From: Octopus sinensis
Lineage: Eukaryota
Length of the DNA stretch: 5,033 nt
Assembly: GCF_006345805.1 (NCBI RefSeq)
Contig: NW_021830189.1
Location: forward strand, 1-5,033
Direction: 5' to 3'
Position numbers and translations under genes: made by a program. Each line of letters opens with the position of its first letter. The stretch's first letter is position 1. Of the stretch, positions 1 through 5,033 are shown in pieces. The notes beneath the pieces are model-generated. The model did no database searches, was not told where the DNA came from, and worked only from the letters and a program-made list of their open reading frames with translations.

Positions 1-337
1 TTGTTTAAGAGGAAAACTAAACGGACATTTTGTTTTTTTATATTTTTATATATATTTTTTTCTTGTCTTTTTTCTCTCTTTTCCGTGTTAAGTCTGTGGG
101 TGTTGTGAGGGGATGGTGGGTATTGTGGGATCTTGTGGATGATGTGGGCGTGAGGGTGGTGTTGACGGTTGTGGTGGTGGTTCTGTTGAAAGATTCATGC
201 CTCATCTATAAAGGCTGATTGTTATCATTTAGGAATCAAAGAACCATTTTCTTTTCTTTTATCAAAGATAAGTCGAAGATATTCGATACCTTGCGTTCGT
301 CGTCATCACTGCCATTCCTTATCATCGTATTAGAAAT

Positions 338-365
338 AATGATGATGATAATGACGTCGATGATG

Positions 366-411
<46 letters not shown>

Positions 412-418
412 GGTGATG

Positions 419-491
<73 letters not shown>

Positions 492-522
492 CAACAATAA
501 TAATAATAGTAGTAGTAGTAGT
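338..522. repeat. Compound trinucleotide microsatellite (ATG)14-(AAT)22-(AAC)3-(AAT)4-(AGT)5
   Basis: Read directly: ATG x14 at 368-409, AAT x22 at 421-486, AAC x3 at 487-495, AAT x4 at 496-507, AGT x5 at 508-522, with degenerate AAT/GAT units from about 338. Confidence 0.98.
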
Positions 523-805
523 AAGCCTTGATGCAGTACCAGGCAGTGGCTCTCGTGGCTTCTGATTGGAAGTGTTATCATGTACATTGTTTTGTCTTCG
601 TATAAAATGATGGGCTACAGCAAATATTCTGCTCAATACCACATATTTGCTTGTCAGTTGTTTGACCTTAACAGCCTTAATGACTGACAATATGTGCATT
701 TCTGATCACGATCGCAAGTAGTGGGGGAGAATCATAGCCATGTGTCGAGAGGGATTCTTTGGAGTTTAAATAATTCACCTCTGGAAACATGGGTGTTTGG
801 TACAA
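523..805 (+). mobile_element. Partial copy of a dispersed non-coding repeat, flanked by (AAT)n-type arrays
   Basis: 733-805 aligns ungapped with the reverse complement of 4958-5030 (60/73 identical by hand). Complex sequence between trinucleotide arrays. The 5' boundary is inferred from the end of the array. Confidence 0.7.
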
Positions 806-1008
806 TATAATGATAATAATAATATAAAGACGACTGAAATATACGTTTCTCAAGTTCGATCCGATGATCAGCGGAGATAGAGGTCGATGCAAATATGACG
901 ACGATATTACTTAATATTCGATAGATATTTCACTATAATGATGTCAATTTATTTATATATATATATGTATTTCCCTTCTTTATGTTTTCATGTTTGGATT
1001 AACTTTAT

Positions 1009-1042
1009 ACACACACACACACACACACACACATACACACAC

Positions 1043-1090
<48 letters not shown>

Positions 1091-1098
1091 GTATATAT
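1009..1098. repeat. (AC)n-(ATAC)n-(AT)n compound microsatellite
   Basis: AC run about 1009-1044, AT run 1053-1080, degenerate AT to about 1098. Confidence 0.97.
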
Positions 1099-1513
1099 AA
1101 ATGATAGACAATATCAAAACAATGCATAAAACATACACAAAAATAAATGAACGCAAAGAATATAAATTTTTTCAAGAATGAAAAGCAATTCATTTAATAT
1201 TGATCTTTTGGTGATCAGAAAATTTTATTTAAGTTTAAAATAATTCTTGAGTTTGGAACCAGAAGAAAACAAAAAAAAATGAATAAATGAAAATAACATA
1301 AAAATAGAACATTTTAAGTAAATACACAGATTTTAAGTAATTACACAAACAATCAAACAGACAAATAAATAAATAAATAAATAGATACTGAAGAAGGAAT
1401 GAAAAAAAAATGAAAGAGTTGAATAAGGTGAAAAAATAGGATTGAAAAAATATATCGGAGATACTGAAAATTGCATCGCGATATATAGTAAATAAAAGGG
1501 AAATTTAGAAAAT

Positions 1514-1909
1514 ACACACACACACACACCACGCACACACACGCACGCACACAAACACACACGCACGCACACACACACCACACACACTCACACACATATA
1601 TAAGGATATACACACATATATACAATCATACATATATACAGATATACGTATATGCAAACAATTAAAAATATATAGTTATATATAGTTATACATACAAACG
1701 TACATACGTATCTTCGTATTTACACATACATATAAATATATACTCATACGTACACACACACACACATATATATGTAAATGCTTACGTATAAATATATATC
1801 TCTACATACATACAAGTATATATTCATACATAAGTACAAACGTACAACTATAAATACATATATACGTGTAAACATACGAATATATGAACATCTATTAATA
1901 GAAACATAC

Positions 1910-1970
<61 letters not shown>

Positions 1971-1975
1971 ATATA
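1514..1975. repeat. (CA)n/(CACG)n microsatellite grading into degenerate (CATA/TA)n low-complexity DNA and a (TA)n tract
   Basis: CA/CACG units about 1514-1595, degenerate TACA/TATA units to about 1915, near-pure (TA)n about 1916-1975. Confidence 0.93.
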
Positions 1976-2059
1976 CCACGTACACGGTATATTTATTATA
2001 TAGATAGAGTCACATAATCGTATTACAACATTCATACATTTCCATACGCACATACTTTC

Positions 2060-2188
2060 ATGTGTAGTTAGAAGTATGATTCGTAATCATGAGATTTCGG
2101 GTTCGATCCCCAAGAGAATGAGCGCCTTTAACGGCGGTGCCCCAGCATGGTCGCAATTCTCGAGCTTGAACTAGTAAAAGTAAAAGTA
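2060..2188 (+). mobile_element. Short tRNA-derived SINE (tRNA-like head, short body, TAAAAG tandem tail)
   Basis: Box-B/T-arm GGGTTCGATCCCC at 2099-2111. Anticodon-like hairpin ATGA/TCAT (2076-2079/2087-2090) with a 7-nt loop TTCGTAA. No acceptor stem. GC-rich body GGCGGTGCCCCAGCATGG; tail GTAAAAGTAAAAGTA. Confidence 0.65.
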
Positions 2189-2199
2189 CACACAACACA

Positions 2200-2202
<3 letters not shown>

Positions 2203-2233
<31 letters not shown>

Positions 2234-2244
2234 TATATATATAT

Positions 2245-2287
<43 letters not shown>

Positions 2288-2295
2288 TATATATA
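2203..2295. repeat. (TA)n microsatellite, left flank of the hammerhead element
   Basis: Direct reading; a few interruptions, and A-rich just before the element. Confidence 0.97.
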
Positions 2296-2565
2296 CTTAA
2301 AAGAGAGATCTCAGTAAACCACAGCACTTAAACGGAAAACAACGCAGGCAAGAGAAAGAAGTGACGACAATCATTCTATATTAAGTCACCTACGGACGTA
2401 CGTTTCGAAATTAAGTCATAGGAAAGCATAAAAATTAAATAATTATGTGTTACCCGACTACTTTTCTCCTCAGCGTAGACTCTACAATTATGAATAATTG
2501 TGGTATTAAATTGGAGTCACTAGAAGACATCACCCTCACTCATGGTATCAGAGCGAGCGTAAGCC
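2294..2565 (-). repeat. Inverted repeat arm A (left; reverse complement of 2883-3158)
   Basis: TACTTAAAAGAGAGATCTCAG...GAGCGAGCGTAAGCC matches the reverse complement of GGCTTTAGCTCGCTC...GAGATCTCTCTTTTAAGTA, with about 13 differences, mostly 1-nt indels. Confidence 0.98.
2383..2482 (-). ncRNA. Type I hammerhead ribozyme, minus-strand copy; predicted cleavage between 2395 and 2394
   Basis: Minus strand reads GAGUCUACG-CUGAGGA-(stem II)-GAAA-CGUACG-UC/CGUAGGUGACUU. The core is identical to the plus-strand copy; stem I 5' strand lacks one C. Confidence 0.82.
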
Positions 2566-2570
2566 GTGAC

Positions 2571-2666
2571 CTTTTAAGTAGAAAAATAGCCATAACTATT
2601 TGACTGCTATTTCTAAATTCGGTGTGTGGTGAGGCAAATCGTTGCTAAACCCTTAATTACTTAGTA
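2571..2666 (+). repeat. Direct repeat B, copy 1 (tail)
   Basis: CTTTTAAGTAGAAAAATAGCC...CCCTTAATTACTTAGTA equals 3149-3242 except for two 1-nt insertions. Confidence 0.98.
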
Positions 2667-2882
2667 TTACTTAAACTTTCCTCGAATGGGGCTTTTAAAT
2701 GCCGAAATCTACTTGGTGAAATTAATGATTACTCCAAATTAATTGATTTCACCCTATATTATTATTGATAACCATATTTCATCCCAGTAAATGACCGCAA
2801 CATCTTATTCTGGCAGCACGCTGGTGGGAGGAGGATGGTGACATACTTTCATTCACCCTTTGAATTTGGTGGTACTGGTAAT

Positions 2883-3158
2883 GGCTTTAGCTCGCTCTGA
2901 TACCATGAGTTGAGGTGATGTCTTCTAGTGACTCCAAATTTAATACACAATTATTCATTATTGTAGAGTCCTACGCTGAGGAGAAAAGTAGTCGGGTAAG
3001 ACATAATTATTTAATTTTTATGCTTTCCTATGACTTAATTTCGAAACGTACGTCCGTAGGTGACTTAATATAGAATGATTGTCGTCACTTCTTTCTCTTT
3101 TGCCTGCGTTGTTTGCCGTTTAAGTGCTGTGGTTTTACTGAGATCTCTCTTTTAAGTA
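2883..3158 (+). repeat. Inverted repeat arm A (right; ribozyme-sense orientation)
   Basis: Reverse complement of 2294-2565. Confidence 0.98.
2966..3066 (+). ncRNA. Type I hammerhead ribozyme; predicted cleavage after GUC at 3054
   Basis: Stem I CCTACG 2970-2975 / CGTAGG 3055-3060 (alternatively CTACG/CGTAG extended by GAGTC/GACTT across a GT bulge). Core CTGAGGA 2976-2982 (CUGANGA). Stem II 2983-3042 closed by GAAA/TTTC. GAAA 3043-3046. Stem III AC/GT with GTAC loop (3046-3053). C17 at 3054. Confidence 0.88.
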
Positions 3159-3239
3159 AAAAATAGCCATAACTATTTGACTGCTATTTCTAATTCGGTG
3201 TGTGGTGAGGCAAATCGTTGCTAAACCCTTAATTACTTA

Positions 3240-3242
<3 letters not shown>
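3149..3242 (+). repeat. Direct repeat B, copy 2 (3' end of the element)
   Basis: Matches 2571-2666. Its first 10 nt overlap the end of arm A, and it runs directly into (TA)n. Confidence 0.98.

Positions 3243-3303
<61 letters not shown>
3241..3303. repeat. (TA)n microsatellite, right flank of the hammerhead element
   Basis: Direct reading. Confidence 0.97.
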
Positions 3304-3627
3304 CATACACGTTGTAATGTAAGGGGAATTAAGAAGTAAAATAAGTAAAATGCACATTGGAAATTTAAAGACGGCCATGATTGATCGTTAGCCACTACAC
3401 ACATTTTTTCTCTTCTTGTTTCTCTCCTTGTTTTTTTCTGTGTCCCTTTCTGTAGAAGAGCGTAGGCTCGAAATGTAAAATACTTTTTCTATTCCTGAGC
3501 GTTATACTAATACATCTGTTTGTTTTGTACACCACCTGTGTTCGTCTTTTGTTTTTTTCGTAAACTCTCCCTATATATATATCGTAAAGTATATTTGCCA
3601 TCAAAACGTGGCTGACCCGTAAGGGAT

Positions 3628-3654
3628 GATGCTACTCTAGATCTTAGCCCAAAG
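3628..3654 (-). other. U2 snRNA-like 27-nt fragment
   Basis: Minus strand CTTTGGGCTAAGATCTAGAGTAGCATC versus recalled metazoan U2 nt 14-40 CTTTTGGCTAAGATCAAGTGTAGTATC gives 23/27. The rest of U2 is not recognisable. Confidence 0.3.
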
Positions 3655-4237
3655 AGGACATCTTCTCCAGCTGGCTATTGACACATTGTCTGTGCCCAAT
3701 CAGTATTTGCAAAGGGAAATCATCCTTCCCATCTCCAACCTGACTCGATACACACAGACCGGAGTATGCTTGTATGTTCGCATATATATGTATGTTTTTA
3801 TTGCTTATATGCACATAAGTTTGTATGCCTACTTGATATACGGTTGTGTGTTTGTTTGATGTGTGTATTTGTCCGCATTTTCGCTTGTATGCGCATAAAT
3901 CCATACGAATGTGCATTCGTGTACTTGTGTAAATACGAACTCTTACGCAAATATCAATCGCTTATACATGCGACCAATCGTAAGTTACCAGGCGACGGCG
4001 GAAGTAAGCAGACAAGAATAAACAGAAAGAAAAGAGCCCAAAAGATAAAACAAAATTAATATATATCACGCACAATTCCTTGCTCTAATCAATTCCAAAT
4101 ATTTGGTTCACACGATTAACTAAAATGACATCTCTACATATAACCACGGTTTACGAATGCTGAGTCTTTTGGTCTTCCGTATTATTTTGTTTAAACTATC
4201 AATCTGTATCTGTTGTTACTGTTTGTCATTGTTTCAG

Positions 4238-4285
4238 ATGTAGGTGGCGAGTGGATGGAAACTTTTGCGCGTCAGAACAAAACGC
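4238..4285 (+). CDS. Possible 48-nt internal coding exon (phase 1-1), peptide (D)VGGEWMETFARQNKT(R); product unknown
   Basis: T-rich tract ending in TTTCAG (4232-4237), a 48-nt stop-free and relatively GC-rich segment, then GTAAAG at 4286. The donor is weak and no homology is recognised. Confidence 0.3.
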
Positions 4286-4403
4286 GTAAAGATATTTCTT
4301 CCGTTTTTTTTTTACGTTCGGTGTGCAAATACAATCGAAGTTATTTTTTAAATCCTTTTCGAATTGGCAATTTACATTACCAAGTCCTAGAGTCGACGGT
4401 ACT

Positions 4404-4527
4404 GATCAACTGGTAGACTCGCGAGCGCGTCGGACAGAAGGCTTTGAACTATTTGTGCTGATGGCCAATTTTGCTTTCATCCTTTCGACTCAAAAGTTTA
4501 GACCTTGTGCCTATAGAAGAGAGGACT
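4404..4527 (+). mobile_element. Degenerate, internally deleted SINE remnant followed by a simple-repeat tail
   Basis: CpG-rich head CTGGTAGACTCGCGAGCGCGTCGGAC, motif TTTGCTTTCATCCTTTCG, and CCTTGTGCCTATAG immediately before (CTT)n(ATT)n. Resemblance to Octopus SINEs is recalled, not searched. Confidence 0.45.
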
Positions 4528-4536
4528 CTTCTTCTT

Positions 4537-4609
<73 letters not shown>
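4528..4609. repeat. (CTT)13-(ATT)14 compound microsatellite
   Basis: Direct reading: CTT run 4528-4566, ATT run 4567-4609. Confidence 0.98.
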
Positions 4610-4610
<1 letters not shown>

Positions 4611-4727
4611 AGGAACAGTTCTCACTTTAAGATGCCGCATCTTTCGTATTTCAATTTCCAGGCCCTTATATTTACTTAATTTGTCAAATTATTTTACAGA
4701 TATATTTTTATCAGTGGGAACACTTAC

Positions 4728-5033
4728 ATTATTATTATTGGGTGAGAGAGCATTGCATGCCATCAAAGTGACACCGGGGTAAAATATACGAAGCCCAGTA
4801 TACCCATGATGACTACCCATATAATAATGGTACACCAGGCACATGCATCACAACCATATGTGCGCGACATGGTGATGTGGGGCCCAGTTAAAATTTTTTT
4901 CAGGTCGAGTACCCCATCCTGCTCAAAAGGTCCCTGAATGAGGGTTGTTTAAGAATGTTGAACGAAACACCAATGTTTCCAAAGGTGAATTATCCAAACC
5001 TCAAAGAATTCCTCTTAACATATGGTTATGTTG
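4728..5033 (-). mobile_element. Second copy of the dispersed repeat seen at 523-805, with an (AAT)4 3' tail; truncated by the window edge
   Basis: 4958-5030 is the reverse complement of 733-805 at ~82%. The minus strand ends ...CTCTCTCACCC-AATAATAATAAT (4739-4728). Confidence 0.7.

Larger units (their letters stand above)
2294..3242 (+). mobile_element. Non-autonomous Penelope-like (PLE) or retrozyme-type element with inverted 5' pseudo-LTR, direct-repeat tail and hammerhead ribozymes
   Basis: Inverted arms 2294-2565 and 2883-3158 (~95% identical). Direct repeats 2571-2666 and 3149-3242. A type I hammerhead in each arm. (TA)n on both sides and no ORF in the track within the element. Family assignment is inferred from the known PLE association of pseudo-LTRs, 5' inversions, tails and hammerheads. 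Confidence 0.75.

Noticed and set aside
854-862. GTTCGATCC box-B-like motif
   Set aside because: No box A, tRNA-like arms or tail nearby; a short match expected by chance.
1388-1394. CTGAAGA hammerhead-core-like heptamer
   Set aside because: It sits in purine-rich low-complexity DNA, and no stems I-III or GAAA/UH arrangement can be formed.
2060-2125. Functional tRNA gene
   Set aside because: Anticodon-like and T arms are present, but there is no acceptor stem or proper D arm, and a SINE-like body and tail follow.
2715-2753. SECIS element (ATGA...AAA...GA inside the hairpin), considered because some PLEs encode selenoproteins
   Set aside because: Only ~14 nt separate the ATGAT and TGAT motifs, too short for helix II plus the apical loop, and there is no upstream ORF.
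2294-3242. MITE/foldback DNA transposon interpretation of the long inverted repeat
   Set aside because: The right end extends ~85 bp beyond the inverted arm, and that extension is duplicated internally as a direct repeat. The arms encode hammerheads. Neither is expected for a TIR element.
2294-3242. DIRS-type tyrosine-recombinase element (ITR plus internal complementary region)
   Set aside because: A DIRS internal complementary region is complementary to the terminal extension; here B is a direct repeat, and no YR or RT remnants are seen.
2294-3242. Plant-type LTR retrozyme or LTR retrotransposon
   Set aside because: No direct TG...CA LTR pair or polypurine tract. The PBS-like 12-mer is antisense to the ribozyme, and the hammerhead is type I rather than the type III of plant retrozymes.
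2571-3242. CRISPR-like repeat-spacer array
   Set aside because: Only two ~95-bp repeats about 580 bp apart, in a eukaryotic context with no cas genes.
30-4782. ORFs from the six-frame track (poly-I, poly-M, poly-L, YI/CV/HT-repeat peptides)
   Set aside because: Most are translations of microsatellites or low-complexity DNA. None shows a recognisable domain, and there is no RT, GIY-YIG, transposase or recombinase motif.

Overview
AT-rich, microsatellite-dense eukaryotic DNA, probably intronic or intergenic. Several dispersed-repeat fragments resemble, from memory and unverified, Octopus/cephalopod SINE-type repeats. No convincing protein-coding gene is present; the listed ORFs are mostly translated microsatellites. 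The main object is a ~950-bp non-coding element (2294-3242) lying inside a (TA)n tract. Its layout is [A inverted, 2294-2565]-[B, 2571-2666]-[C, 2667-2882]-[A, 2883-3158]-[B, 3149-3242]. Each A arm carries a complete type I hammerhead ribozyme (CCUACG-CUGAGGA-60 nt stem II-GAAA-C-GUAC-G-UC/CGUAGG), one per strand, with a 2-bp stem III closed by a palindromic loop. This fits a non-autonomous Penelope-like retroelement or metazoan retrozyme with a 5'-inverted pseudo-LTR and a ~576-nt repeat unit. Also present: a short tRNA-derived SINE, a second degenerate SINE remnant, two inverted partial copies of an (AAT)n-associated repeat, a 27-nt U2 snRNA-like stretch, a possible 48-nt exon and many simple repeats.
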